Shown here: positions 9,964 to 19,887 of the stretch, in pieces
Position numbering within the stretch: position 1 is the stretch's first letter
Layout of the letters: each line of letters opens with the position of its first letter
Assembly: GCA_963816145.1 (NCBI GenBank)
Contig: CAWFJP010000001.1
Coordinates: 1-64,000, forward strand
Direction: 5' to 3'
Source: an uncultured delta proteobacterium
Lineage (GTDB): Bacteria; Desulfobacterota; Binatia; UBA9968
DNA length: 64,000 nt
Translations under genes and position numbers: made by a program
The notes under the pieces: model-generated
Seen by the model: only the letters and a program-made list of their open reading frames with translations
Told to the model about the DNA's origin: nothing
Database searches by the model: none

Positions 9964-10449
9964 CTACAGTTTGTAGCCGATTTTGCGCAGGAGATCTTTG
10001 CGCCAGGCGATGCCGGCTTCATCTTCGACGCCTTGGCTCTTGCCGCCGTCGATGACGCCCAGGATACCGCGTCCTTGCGGTGTTTCAGCAATAACCACTT
10101 CGACCGGGTTCGCCGTGGCGCAGAAGATGCGGCAAACCTCAGGCACCATCTTGACAACGTTGAGGATACTTACCGGGAAATATCCAGCGCCAAGAAACAC
10201 GATAAAGCTGTGGCCGGCTGAGAGTGCCAAGGCGTTACGCTTGGCCAGCTCGATCATCGCCTCATCCGTGCCGCTCCAGCGCACCAGCATGGCGCCGGAG
10301 GCCTCACAGAACCCGACGCCGAACTTGATCCCCGGGATCGCTTGAACCAACGCCTCGTGAATGTCCTCAACAGTCTTGATGAAGTGGCTCTGACCGAGGA
10401 TGAAGTTAATGTCGTCGGGCTTTTCAATGGCGACGGTTTTGAGCTCCAT
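9964..10449 (-). CDS. Adenosine-specific kinase family (DUF355)
   Basis: NFILGQSHFIKTVED, FCEASG, VPEVCRIFCATANP. Confidence 0.9.
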   Translation of the reverse strand: MELKTVAIEKPDDINFILGQSHFIKTVEDIHEALVQAIPGIKFGVGFCEASGAMLVRWSGTDEAMIELAKRNALALSAGHSFIVFLGAGYFPVSILNVVKMVPEVCRIFCATANPVEVVIAETPQGRGILGVIDGGKSQGVEDEAGIAWRKDLLRKIGYKL

Positions 10450-10520
10450 TTCACTCTTCCCTCTGGCTGTGCTGTGTCGGGTTCATGGGCATGAAGCAAG
10501 AGAAGGCAAAAGATCTTGGA

Positions 10521-10586
10521 AAGATTTCTCCCTGCGGTCGAAATGACAACGTATTTAACCTTGGCGTCTTTGCGCCTTGGCGGGAG
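10521..10586. repeat. REP-like element half plus 9-bp-period CTTGGCG/CTTTGCG units
   Basis: AGATTTCTCCCTGCGGTCGAAATGAC, shared with the 16.1-kb copy. Confidence 0.75.
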
Positions 10587-10606
10587 AAAGATCCAAATCC
10601 GGAAAG

Positions 10607-11470
10607 CTAGCGCGCGCGAATCAGCAGCACCGGGGCGCGCGAGTGCTGGACGACTTTCTCGGCGACACTGCCAAGCATCCAGCGGCCAAGTCCCGACCTA
10701 CCGTGGGTCGACATGGCGATCAAACTTTGCGGCGGGCTCGCCGCAAGATCGACAAGCTCGCTCGCCGCGTCGCCCTCGATTACGGTTGCAGACGCAGCCG
10801 AAAATCCGTCGGCACGCAGAGTTGCCACTTTGCCGTCCAAATATTTCTCGCTCTCCTCATGCAGATTCTTGCGATACTGCGCCGGCCCCTGGTCGATCAC
10901 GCCATCCGCGACCATATAAGCGTCGGGCGGCAGGCTATAGGTCCGCACCAACTGTATGTCGAGCTTTAGTTTGCTTGCCAGCACCCTGACATAGGGCAGA
11001 ACTTTTTCTGCCAAACCTGAACCATCCAAAGGAACAATGACGCGCCTGAGCGCGAACGGTCCCAAGGGCGCTGTGTCGTCGGTTACGCGGATCAGCAGGA
11101 TGGGATTATCGGCGGTTTGCACGACTTTGCTGGCGACACTGCCCAATAACCAGCGCCGCGGTCCGGTCATGCCATGGGTCGACATGGCGATCAAACAATC
11201 GGCATCCGCTTTGGCGATATCGACAATGACCTCGGCGGGCAAGCCGATTTTCTCGACTGAATCGACGGCCAGGGGCTTCAGGCTAGCAGCTATGTACTCG
11301 AGATAATCGCTTGCGGATTGGTTCGCCGTGAACGGCATCCGGGCATCGGGGTCGGTCACCCGCAGCAACGTGACGCTGGCGCCGTAAGCGCCCGCCACCA
11401 TTTGCGCGTAGGGTAAGACCTTTTCAGCGAGCTTCGAGCCATCCAACGGCACAAGAATTTTGCTGAACAT
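10607..11470 (-). CDS. Tandem-domain universal stress protein (4th)
   Basis: Two VPLDGS...HG..G..RW.LGSVA domains. Confidence 0.95.
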   Translation of the reverse strand: MFSKILVPLDGSKLAEKVLPYAQMVAGAYGASVTLLRVTDPDARMPFTANQSASDYLEYIAASLKPLAVDSVEKIGLPAEVIVDIAKADADCLIAMSTHGMTGPRRWLLGSVASKVVQTADNPILLIRVTDDTAPLGPFALRRVIVPLDGSGLAEKVLPYVRVLASKLKLDIQLVRTYSLPPDAYMVADGVIDQGPAQYRKNLHEESEKYLDGKVATLRADGFSAASATVIEGDAASELVDLAASPPQSLIAMSTHGRSGLGRWMLGSVAEKVVQHSRAPVLLIRAR

Positions 11471-11495
11471 AATTCCTCTTCTCTGCCGCCAACAG

Positions 11496-12413
11496 TTAAT
11501 CCCCGGCGCGCAGGATAAGCACCGGGTTGCTCGCGTGGCGGACAACGGTTTCAGCCACGCTGCCGAGCACCCAGCGCCGCACACCGGAGCGTCCATGGGA
11601 ACAGATGGCGATCAAACCGTCGGCCTTGTTGCGGGCGAAATCGATGATCGCGTCGGCGGCCAGCCCTTCTTTCGAAGCATAAGCAATTCGCGTCACCCCG
11701 GTCTTCGCCAGCAGCGAACGACGCTCTTCGAGGTAAAGCTGCACATCGGTTTCGATAGCCGCGCTCAAGCGCGGCAAATCCACCGCATAGGAACCGCCGC
11801 CTTCGTAAAAGCTGCCGTACGGAACGTTGTAGGCGCGAAACAAAGCGACTTCTATGTCGAGACCTGTTGCCACCTCGGCAACCGCGGGCAGCACCTGTTC
11901 GGCAACACTGGAACCGTCGAGAGGAACGATGATTCTATCGAATGGTTTGACACCGTTGACCGGCGCAGTGTCAGAGGCGCGCACCAGCAGCAACGGGTTC
12001 TCGGTCGCGCGTAAAACTTTCTCGGCGACGCTGCCCAATAACCAGCGTTGAAGGCCGGAGCGGCCATGGGTGGCCATGACGATGAGTGTATTTTTGTCGG
12101 CCGCCGCAGACCCGACAATCGAATCGGCGGCAGCGCCTTTCTTGACTTGGCAGTCGACCACCACGCCGGCAAAGCTCTTGGCCGTCGCAGTCAAGTATTC
12201 ATTGCGCCGGTGGGTCTCAAAATCGTCCAAGGTATCGAGAAACAGTCCGCGCTCGGTGACGATATGGCGGACGAGTTCGTCAAGGTCGATCGCCGACAAC
12301 AGCATGACCGGCAAATTCAAACCTTGAGCCAGCCACCGGGCATAAGGCAAAACGATTTCTGCAACCGGCGATCCGTCCAGGGGTACGATAATCTTGCTAA
12401 ACATCGCCGCCAT
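11496..12413 (-). CDS. Tandem-domain universal stress protein (3rd)
   Basis: Two USP domains with HGRSG...LGSVA. Confidence 0.95.
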   Translation of the reverse strand: MAAMFSKIIVPLDGSPVAEIVLPYARWLAQGLNLPVMLLSAIDLDELVRHIVTERGLFLDTLDDFETHRRNEYLTATAKSFAGVVVDCQVKKGAAADSIVGSAAADKNTLIVMATHGRSGLQRWLLGSVAEKVLRATENPLLLVRASDTAPVNGVKPFDRIIVPLDGSSVAEQVLPAVAEVATGLDIEVALFRAYNVPYGSFYEGGGSYAVDLPRLSAAIETDVQLYLEERRSLLAKTGVTRIAYASKEGLAADAIIDFARNKADGLIAICSHGRSGVRRWVLGSVAETVVRHASNPVLILRAGD

Positions 12414-12430
12414 CCAAAGCGCGTGGCCGG

Positions 12431-13342
12431 TCAGCTGGCGGCGCGCAACACCAGTACCGGGTCGCCGGAGTGGCGCACAACCGTTTCGGTGACACTGCCA
12501 AGCACCCAGCGCTTGATCCCCGAACGCCCATGGCTCGACATCGCGACCAGATTGGCCGGCGTCTCGCGGGCGAACTTGATGATCTCGTCGGCGCTCAGCC
12601 CTTCTTTGGCGACATAAGAAACCTTGGTAAGGCCTTTGCGCTGGAGTTCGGCGACTTTCCGCTCGAGATAATCGAAAGTTTCCTGCTTCAGCATCGTCAG
12701 AAACGCTTCGAGATGTACCGGATCGTAAAAACCTTCGCCGGCGCTGTATGCCCCGTAGGGAATTGCGTAAGCGCGTATCAGGAAGATTTCGAGATCGAGC
12801 ACTCGCGCCAATTCGGTCACCGTCGGCAGCACCCCTTCGGCGACATCGGAGCCGTCCAGGGGAACGACAATCGACGTCAGCGGGGCTTCACCTTCCGTGA
12901 CGATCGGTTCGGTCACTTTCACCAGCACCAAGGGATTGACGCTCGCCCGCAAGACTTTCTCGGCGACACTGCCCAAGAGAAAGCGGTTCAGTCCCGACCG
13001 GCCATGGGTCGCCATGACAATGAGAGAGTTCTTGTCGGCCACCGCGGTTTCGATAATTGTTTCAGCGGCACTGCCTCTCCCACAACGGGTCGTCGCTTTG
13101 ACAGCGCCGAACGTTTTGGCAATCTTGCCGAGATACTCCGCGCTGTGGCGCGACTCGTATTCGACCAACTGGTCGAGAAACAGCCCTTCGGCGGCCGATA
13201 TATCGCGGGAAATTTCGCGCAGATCGATGACACTGAGCAATTCCACGGCGATCGCAAATCGGCGCGCCAGCGCTCGGACCAACGGCAGCGCGCATTCGGC
13301 CGCCGTTGAGCCATCGAGCGGGACAACAATCTTGCTAAACAT
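12431..13342 (-). CDS. Tandem-domain universal stress protein (2nd)
   Basis: Two USP domains; start at MFSKIVVPLDGS. Confidence 0.95.
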   Translation of the reverse strand: MFSKIVVPLDGSTAAECALPLVRALARRFAIAVELLSVIDLREISRDISAAEGLFLDQLVEYESRHSAEYLGKIAKTFGAVKATTRCGRGSAAETIIETAVADKNSLIVMATHGRSGLNRFLLGSVAEKVLRASVNPLVLVKVTEPIVTEGEAPLTSIVVPLDGSDVAEGVLPTVTELARVLDLEIFLIRAYAIPYGAYSAGEGFYDPVHLEAFLTMLKQETFDYLERKVAELQRKGLTKVSYVAKEGLSADEIIKFARETPANLVAMSSHGRSGIKRWVLGSVTETVVRHSGDPVLVLRAAS

Positions 13343-13367
13343 GGCCTCACTCCCTGCGCCCGGCGGG

Positions 13368-14273
13368 TTACTTCGCCCGCACCACCAGCACCGGGTCGTC
13401 GCTATGGCGCACGACATTTTCCGTCACGCTGCCAAGCACCCAACGTTTGACGCCGGACCGGCCATGGGAACACATGGCGATCAACGCATCGGGAGTCTTG
13501 CGCCCGAGCGCAATGATTTCGTCGCCGGCGAAACCTTCCTTGCTGAGAGCGGAAACCTTGGCAACCCCGAGCTTTTTCATCTCGGCGACTTTTTTGTCGA
13601 GATATTCCGTGGCTTCATCGCGCACGCTGGCAATCAGTTCATCGTAATTCACCGCATAGTAGCCGTCATCGGCGGCGTAAGCGTTATACGGAATATGGTA
13701 GGCCCGGAAGAGCACGACTTCGAGGTCGAGTTCCTTGGCCATGGTGGCAACCGTCGGCATCACGCTCTCGGCGAGCTCCGATCCGTCCAACGGCACGATG
13801 ATCGTTTTGAACGGCGCTTCACCGGTTGTCTTCCCCGCTTCCATGGCGCGCACGAGCAGCAAAGGATTGGCGCTGCCGCGCAGCACTTTCTCGGCGACGC
13901 TGCCTAACAGGAAACGGTTCAATCCCGACCGGCCATGGGTGGCCATGGCGATGAGCGTTCCGCCATCGACTTCAGCCTTGCTGATGATCGATTCTTCGGC
14001 GCGATCCTTTTCGACCGTGCAAGTCACCTTGCCATCGGGGAAGGTCGTCGCCGCTCCCCTTAGATAGGTCGTGCTGGCGCGCACGCCGTCCTCGATCATG
14101 GTATCGAGGTGACGCGCCTTTTCAGCCGAGACATGAGTCGCCATCTCGGCGATGTCGATGACGGCGAGCAACTCCACCGGCACCTTGAACTTGCCTGCCA
14201 AGTAACGAGCGTAGGGCAGGACCTTTTCAGCGGTCTTGGAACCATCCAGCGGCACTAAGATTTTGCTATACAT
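13368..14273 (-). CDS. Tandem-domain universal stress protein (1st)
   Basis: Two USP domains; GAGGAG RBS. Confidence 0.95.
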   Translation of the reverse strand: MYSKILVPLDGSKTAEKVLPYARYLAGKFKVPVELLAVIDIAEMATHVSAEKARHLDTMIEDGVRASTTYLRGAATTFPDGKVTCTVEKDRAEESIISKAEVDGGTLIAMATHGRSGLNRFLLGSVAEKVLRGSANPLLLVRAMEAGKTTGEAPFKTIIVPLDGSELAESVMPTVATMAKELDLEVVLFRAYHIPYNAYAADDGYYAVNYDELIASVRDEATEYLDKKVAEMKKLGVAKVSALSKEGFAGDEIIALGRKTPDALIAMCSHGRSGVKRWVLGSVTENVVRHSDDPVLVVRAK

Positions 14274-14335
14274 ATCTGTCTCCTCATCTCATTGGCGTTT
14301 TTCCGCCACACCCTACGCTCGTTGTTGACCGATGT

Positions 14336-14833
14336 CTAATCCACTTTCACTTTGATTTCTTTAGTCTTAGCCTCTTCGGTCTTCGGCACTCGCACTTCCA
14401 AAATGCCGTTTTTAAACGAAGCTTTTACTTTGTCCGCGTGGACGGCTTTGGGGAGCTCGACGCTACGCGTGAAGCTGCCGTAGGACCGCTCGCAGCGATA
14501 GTAGTTCTCCTCTTTGACCTCTTCTTCTTTTTTCTTCTCACCTTTGATTGTCAACAGATTGTCGGTGAGATTCACCTCGATATTTTCCTTGTCGATACCG
14601 GGGAGCTCGGCTTTGACGACAACATCGTCCTTGTCTTCGAAAACATCAAGAGCAGGCGCGCTGACATCCATCTCGTCGCGCCCGAACCAATTTTCCGGCC
14701 ACCATGGACGTGCTCTCCGGCCAAAGAAATCCTCCATCATGCGGTCCATATCTCGTTCCCACCGGGACAGACCCGTAAACGGTCGCCACGGGGTCACCGC
14801 TTTAGTTTCCTTTTCTTTTGCTTTCTCTGCCAT
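14336..14833 (-). CDS. Hsp20/alpha-crystallin small heat shock protein
   Basis: PALDVFED...KAELPG...ERSYGSFTRSVELP...ASFKNGILEV. Confidence 0.96.
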   Translation of the reverse strand: MAEKAKEKETKAVTPWRPFTGLSRWERDMDRMMEDFFGRRARPWWPENWFGRDEMDVSAPALDVFEDKDDVVVKAELPGIDKENIEVNLTDNLLTIKGEKKKEEEVKEENYYRCERSYGSFTRSVELPKAVHADKVKASFKNGILEVRVPKTEEAKTKEIKVKVD

Positions 14834-14884
14834 TGTCGATTCCTCCTTGTGAAAAATTCTGGTCTCTCTCGGTAATGCGTTTCC

Positions 14885-14899
14885 GCAATCGACGTGCCA
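14885..14899 (-). promoter_or_regulatory. Sigma-54 promoter TGGCACGTCGATTGC for hsp20-usp operon
   Basis: Matches TGGCACG-N4-TTGC consensus exactly. Confidence 0.85.
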
Positions 14900-14939
14900 G
14901 TGGATAGCCGCTGAATTTCATGGCCCATCCGCGAAAGTT

Positions 14940-14984
14940 TCGCAAATTTGAAAAAACAACCGACCGTTTCTCGCATGACTGCGA
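14940..14984. promoter_or_regulatory. Two putative activator sites TCGCA-N4-TGAAA and TCGCA-N4-TGCGA, 31 bp apart
   Basis: Second site is centred between the divergent sigma-54 promoters. Confidence 0.65.
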
Positions 14985-15053
14985 GCACCTCGCCAATAAC
15001 TCCCAGCGCGATGAAATTTCGCTTGTAGATTAGCGGCTCTTAGAGATCCGCCA

Positions 15054-15068
15054 TGGCACCCATCTTGC
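15054..15068 (+). promoter_or_regulatory. Sigma-54 promoter TGGCACCCATCTTGC for por operon
   Basis: Consensus spacing, 33 bp before ATG 15101. Confidence 0.8.
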
Positions 15069-15100
15069 GCTTTTAGATGATCGACGAGGTCGATAAGCCA

Positions 15101-15991
15101 ATGATCGAAGTCAGATTTCATGGCCGCGGTGGCCAAGGCGCAAAGATCGCCAGCCGCATACTAGGCCACAGCGGTATACTCGCCGGACTTTACGCCCAGG
15201 ACTTCGCTTTGTTCGGCGCCGAACGGCGCGGCGCGCCGGTGGTTTCCTTCACCCGGCTCAGCACCGAACCGATCGATCGACGGGGCGATATCGAGCGGCC
15301 GGATTTGGTCGTCGTTTTGGACGACTCGCTTTTGAAGGAAGCGTCGAGCCAGGTTTATCGCGGCGTCCAGGGCACGACCCCGCTGATCGTCAACGCCGAT
15401 CCGCAGCGCTTCACTACCGCCGGCCTGCCGGCGGCCGACCATCGCGCCATCGACATGCAAGCTATCGCTTTGGAATACATCGGCCGGAACTTGGTCAGCG
15501 CCATCGCCGCCGCGATTGCGGCAAAACAAATTGCCGCCATCGATATCGCGCAGTTTGCCGTCGCACTGCGCCATGAACTGGGCGATTTCGGCTTGGCGCC
15601 GGAACTGATCGAGAAAAACCTCGGCGCTGCGCGCCTCGCCCACGCCATGACACCCGTCCTCGACCTGTCGCGGTCGCAGTCCGGCGAAAACGAACCGTTG
15701 CCGTCCTGGCAAGCCGTTCCGTACTTGGGCGGCGCGCAATTCGCCGGGCCGACGATACGCCACCGCGGCAGTGCCGCGCTGCGCCAGACCGGCAACTGGC
15801 GCACCGAGCGGCCGGTCATCGACCTGGAAAAATGCAAGCGCTGTTTTCTTTGTTATCTGTACTGCCCCGAAGCGGCGCTGCGCCTGGATGCCGAGAATTT
15901 TCCCCATGTCGACTACGACCACTGCAAAGGGTGCATGATCTGCTACGAGGAGTGTCCGACTGACGCCATTACCCGAAAACTAGAGGCGTAA
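15101..15991 (+). CDS. 2-oxoacid:ferredoxin oxidoreductase gamma-delta fusion subunit
   Basis: EVRFHGRGGQG, FGAERRGAPV; C-terminal TGNWR..RP and 2x[4Fe-4S] (CKRCFLCYLYCP, CKGCMICYEECP). Confidence 0.93.
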   Translation: MIEVRFHGRGGQGAKIASRILGHSGILAGLYAQDFALFGAERRGAPVVSFTRLSTEPIDRRGDIERPDLVVVLDDSLLKEASSQVYRGVQGTTPLIVNADPQRFTTAGLPAADHRAIDMQAIALEYIGRNLVSAIAAAIAAKQIAAIDIAQFAVALRHELGDFGLAPELIEKNLGAARLAHAMTPVLDLSRSQSGENEPLPSWQAVPYLGGAQFAGPTIRHRGSAALRQTGNWRTERPVIDLEKCKRCFLCYLYCPEAALRLDAENFPHVDYDHCKGCMICYEECPTDAITRKLEA

Positions 15992-16029
15992 GGAGCCGCC
16001 AATGACGCGACAATCAGGACGCGGAAGAT

Positions 16030-16165
16030 CTCGCGCAAAGAACGCAAAGGTGACGGGCCGAAGCCCGTCATCCCGAGCGATCGCTAGGAATCCAAGAATG
16101 ATTTCTCCCTGCGGTCGAAATGACAGCGACTCCGAACTTGGCGTCCTTTGCGCGCTTGGCGCGAG
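16030..16165. repeat. CGTC-tagged REP-like doublet flanked by inverted 9-bp-period units
   Basis: CTCGCGCAAAGAACGCAAAG ... CGTCATCCCGAGCG...GTCGAAATGAC ... CTTTGCGCGCTTGGCGCGAG. Confidence 0.75.
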
Positions 16166-16213
16166 AAAAATCCGAAGTAAGGGAGATAACCGCGTTTGCC
16201 TCTGGAGCCAAAG

Positions 16214-17461
16214 ATGACGCGCACAATGTTAACCGGCAACGCCGCAGCCGCCTGGGGCGCCCGGCTCGCCGCGGTGGATTACGTGCCGGCATTTCCGATC
16301 ACACCGCAGACCGAGATCGTCGAAACCCTGGCGCGCTGGTGCCGCAGCGGTGAAATGGCGGCACGCTTGGTGATGATGGATTCTGAGCATTCCATGCTCG
16401 CCGCGGCCGCCGGCGCCGCCGCCGCCGGCGTGCGCGTGTTCACGGCGACATCGAGTCAAGGATTGCTTTACGGTTTTGAATTGCTTTACGTCATCGCCGG
16501 TTTGCGCTTGCCGCTGGTGTTGGTCAACGTCTCGCGCGCCCTGGCCCATCCGATCACTCTCGAGCCCGATCACAACGATGTGCTCTCGGCGCGGGACAGC
16601 GGTTTTCTCCAGTTTCACTGCGAGACCAGTCAGGAAGTTCTCGATTCGATCCTGATCGCTTACCGCCTGGCGGAAGATGCGAAAATCCTCTTGCCGGTGA
16701 TCGTCAATCTCGACGGCTTCTATCTGTCGTTCACGCGCGAAGCGGTGCAGCTTCCCGAGACCGGCGAGGTAAACGAATTCCTGCCCAGCTTCACACCGGC
16801 CTATCCAGTTTTATCCGGCGAGCGACCCGCCGCCCTCGGCGCCGCGGTGCTGGACTCAAGTCTGTATAGCTACTTCAAGCACCAGATGCATCATGCCAGC
16901 GACAATGCGCTGGCGCTCTATCCCGCCATTGCCGAGGAGTTTGTCGCCAGATTCGGCCGGCGCCACGCCATCGTCGAAGAATACCAGCTCGACGACGCCG
17001 ATTACGTCTTCGTCATGACCAACTCGTTCGCCTCCATGGGCAAGGCGGAGATCAAAAGACTGCGCAGCGCCGGCAAAAAAGTCGGCCTGGCGCGGCTGCG
17101 CATGATCCGGCCTTTCCCCCACGCCGAACTGCAGCGCATCCTGGCGGGACGCAAGGGCGTTGCCGTCATCGATCAAAACATTTCCGTCGGCAACGGCGGC
17201 ATCCTCTACAGCGAGATCGCCGGCGCCCTCTACAACGCGCCGGATCGCCCGCCGGTATTGCTGTCGTTCATCGGCGGCCTGGGCGGCCGCCGGTTTCGTC
17301 CCGGCGAATTCGACGGCATGTTGGCAAAACTGATCGCACCCCCAGAGTCTCCGGTCGAAATGGCCCAGCCGCATCTGCTCTTCACCGGCGAGGAATGCCG
17401 CGAAGTCGGCCGCTTCTTCGACATCGCCAGCAATGAACCGCCCCAGGAGGGAAACCCGTAG
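16214..17461 (+). CDS. porA: 2-oxoacid:ferredoxin oxidoreductase alpha subunit
   Basis: GNAAAA, AFPITPQTEI, DSEHS, FTATSSQGL, RMIRPFP. Confidence 0.93.
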   Translation: MTRTMLTGNAAAAWGARLAAVDYVPAFPITPQTEIVETLARWCRSGEMAARLVMMDSEHSMLAAAAGAAAAGVRVFTATSSQGLLYGFELLYVIAGLRLPLVLVNVSRALAHPITLEPDHNDVLSARDSGFLQFHCETSQEVLDSILIAYRLAEDAKILLPVIVNLDGFYLSFTREAVQLPETGEVNEFLPSFTPAYPVLSGERPAALGAAVLDSSLYSYFKHQMHHASDNALALYPAIAEEFVARFGRRHAIVEEYQLDDADYVFVMTNSFASMGKAEIKRLRSAGKKVGLARLRMIRPFPHAELQRILAGRKGVAVIDQNISVGNGGILYSEIAGALYNAPDRPPVLLSFIGGLGGRRFRPGEFDGMLAKLIAPPESPVEMAQPHLLFTGEECREVGRFFDIASNEPPQEGNP

Positions 17462-17481
17462 GGGGGGCTTCAAACCCGCCC
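17458..17481 (+). repeat. GTAG-tagged REP-like palindrome overlapping the porA stop
   Basis: GTAGGGGGGGCTTCAAACCCGCCC. Confidence 0.55.
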
Positions 17482-17639
17482 GTCATTTAAGTGAGACGAG
17501 GACGCTATGGCGCTAAAAACCAACTTGTTCTCCGCTTATCCGAACTTTGCGCCTTAGCGCCTTTGCGGGAGACAATTCCGATTTCTCTCTGCGAACTTTG
17601 CGTTCTTTGCGGCCAACTCTCCCGCGCGAAAGGACAGTC

Positions 17640-18725
17640 ATGAAGCGTGAAGCCTACAAAAGCTTGCGCACGATCTCGCACCAAGATCCGATCGGCCCCG
17701 GCGGTCCGCTGTGCGCCGGCTGCGGCGGCCAGCTGAGCTTGCGCCTGTTTCATAAAGCGCTCGGCGATAACGTGACATTTGTCAATGCCGCGAGTTGCTC
17801 CACCATGCTCGCCACCTATCCGTTCACGCCGCTCAATTCGTCATGGATCTATCTGGCGATGGCCTGCGCTCCGGCGGGCGCCCAGGGCGTGCGCGATGGC
17901 TTCGACATTCTCAAAGCCAAAGGTAAACTGCCCGCCGCAGATGACCGCAAGGTGGTCGTGCTCACCGGCGATGGCGCGGCCCAGGAGATCGGTTTGCAGT
18001 CGACCCTGGCGGCGATCCACCGCGGTCTGGACTTCTACTACCTGTGCTACGACAACGAATCCTACGGCAACACCGGTTTTCAGAGCTCACCGAGCACGCC
18101 CTACGGCGCGCGCACCAGCACCGAACCGATCAGCGCCGCCGCGCCGCATGGCCGGCTGCACGAACGCCGCGACCTGTTTGAACTCTGGCGCGTCCAAAAG
18201 CCGGATTATCTCTCAACGATCTCGGCGGCTTATCCGCTCGACCTTTCGGAAAAAGTTTTTCGCGCCGGAAAATTCACCGGGCCGAAACTGTTCATCGCGT
18301 TGTCGCCTTGCCCGCCGGGGTGGGAAGTCGATCCCGAGTGGTCCATCGATATCGCCCGGCTGGCGGTCGAGACCGGCATCTGGCCGCTCCGGGAAGCGAT
18401 CCATGGCGCCGTGTCGCACACCTACATCCCGCGCAAGTTTGCGCCGGTGGAAGATTATCTCAAGCGTCAGGGCCGCTTCCGCCATCTGTTCGAGCCAAAA
18501 CGCGATGATGAAACCATCGCACATATTCAAGCGACGGTGGATGCATACTGGAAAGCGGCTCGATCCGCGCAGGGAGAGATGCACGAGGCCACGACGACGA
18601 GCATCCCCCACCTCTGTCCCTCCCCCGCAACGCGGGGGCGGATGAAGGCTGGGTCTCTTCGCGGTAGTTGCTTAGACAAGTCGAGGTTCACTGAACACAA
18701 CGCTTCACTGAGAGCCAACAGCTAG
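17640..18725 (+). CDS. porB: 2-oxoacid:ferredoxin oxidoreductase beta (TPP-binding) subunit
   Basis: CAGCG, GDG...YDNESYGNTGFQ.S..TPYG, SPCPPGW; tail runs through a REP hairpin. Confidence 0.93.
   Translation: MKREAYKSLRTISHQDPIGPGGPLCAGCGGQLSLRLFHKALGDNVTFVNAASCSTMLATYPFTPLNSSWIYLAMACAPAGAQGVRDGFDILKAKGKLPAADDRKVVVLTGDGAAQEIGLQSTLAAIHRGLDFYYLCYDNESYGNTGFQSSPSTPYGARTSTEPISAAAPHGRLHERRDLFELWRVQKPDYLSTISAAYPLDLSEKVFRAGKFTGPKLFIALSPCPPGWEVDPEWSIDIARLAVETGIWPLREAIHGAVSHTYIPRKFAPVEDYLKRQGRFRHLFEPKRDDETIAHIQATVDAYWKAARSAQGEMHEATTTSIPHLCPSPATRGRMKAGSLRGSCLDKSRFTEHNASLRANS
18605..18653. repeat. REP-like hairpin inside the porB 3' end
   Basis: CCCCCACCT...CCTCCCCCGCAACGCGGGGGCGGATGAAGG; same family as 23403-23451. 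Confidence 0.7.
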
Positions 18726-18734
18726 GAGACAACG

Positions 18735-19835
18735 ATGGAAAATATTTTTGAATTCGCCGACGACTTAGGTCCGATCAAGATCGTCCATATCTACGACCCC
18801 AAGCATAATCTCAAAGCGGTGGTCGCCATCGACAACGTCGCCCGCGGCCCGTCCATCGGCGGCATCCGCATGGCGCCCGACGTCAGCGCCGAGGAAGCGT
18901 TTCGTTTGGCCCGCGCCATGACCATGAAGAACTCGGCGGCCAATCTGCCCCATGGCGGCGGCAAGTCGGTGATCTTCGGCGATCCGAAAATGGAAATAGC
19001 AAAGAAGGAACAACTCATCCGCGCCTTCGCCCGCGCCATCCGCGACCTGGTCGAATACATCCCCGGCCCGGACATGGGCACCGACGAGCGCTGCATGGCC
19101 TGGATCAAGGACGAGATCGGCCGCGCCGTCGGCCTGCCTCCCGAGATCGGCGGCATTCCTCTCGACGAAATCGGCGCCACCGGTTTGGGTTTAAAAGCCA
19201 GCGTCGAAGCGGCGATGACATACTGCGACTTCCAACTCAAAGGCGCCCGCGTCGCCGTTCAAGGCTTCGGCTCGGTGGGCAAACATGCGGCACGCTTCCT
19301 CGGCGACAAAGGCGCGATCCTGGTCGCCGCCTGCGATACCCACGGTACCATTTACAATCCCAAAGGCATCGACATCGGCAAATTGATCGCCCTGAAGGAC
19401 AGCGGCAAAAACGTCGCCGACTATCCCGACGGCGAAAAGTTGAGCGTCGAGGCGATCATCGATGTCGAATGCGAGATCTGGATTCCCGCCGCCCGCCCCG
19501 ATGTCATCCGCAAAGACAACGTGCATCGTTTGAAAACCAAGCTCGTGCCCCAGGGCGCCAACATTCCGTTCACGCCGGAAGCCGAGCGCATCCTGCATGA
19601 AAATAAAATTCTCATTTTGCCCGACTTCATCGCCAACGCCGGCGGCGTCATCTGCGCGTCGGTGGAATACCACGGCGGCACGCAAGCTCAAGCGCTCCAG
19701 ACCATCGAGGAGAAAATCCGCGCGAATACCGAAGAGGTGCTGGCCAACGCCAAGAAGAGCGGCACACTGCCGCGTCAGGCGGCGGTAGCGCTGGCGGAGG
19801 CGCGAGTGAAAATTGCCATGGGCTTTCGTCACTGA
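18735..19835 (+). CDS. Glu/Leu/Phe/Val dehydrogenase
   Basis: GGIRM, MTMK, GGGKS, GPDMGT, VQGFGSVG, PDFIANAGGV. Confidence 0.95.
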   Translation: MENIFEFADDLGPIKIVHIYDPKHNLKAVVAIDNVARGPSIGGIRMAPDVSAEEAFRLARAMTMKNSAANLPHGGGKSVIFGDPKMEIAKKEQLIRAFARAIRDLVEYIPGPDMGTDERCMAWIKDEIGRAVGLPPEIGGIPLDEIGATGLGLKASVEAAMTYCDFQLKGARVAVQGFGSVGKHAARFLGDKGAILVAACDTHGTIYNPKGIDIGKLIALKDSGKNVADYPDGEKLSVEAIIDVECEIWIPAARPDVIRKDNVHRLKTKLVPQGANIPFTPEAERILHENKILILPDFIANAGGVICASVEYHGGTQAQALQTIEEKIRANTEEVLANAKKSGTLPRQAAVALAEARVKIAMGFRH

Positions 19836-19887
19836 AACAATCTTATGAACGGCTGAAAGTATTGCGCGGGCCGAAAACCATTGGGGT

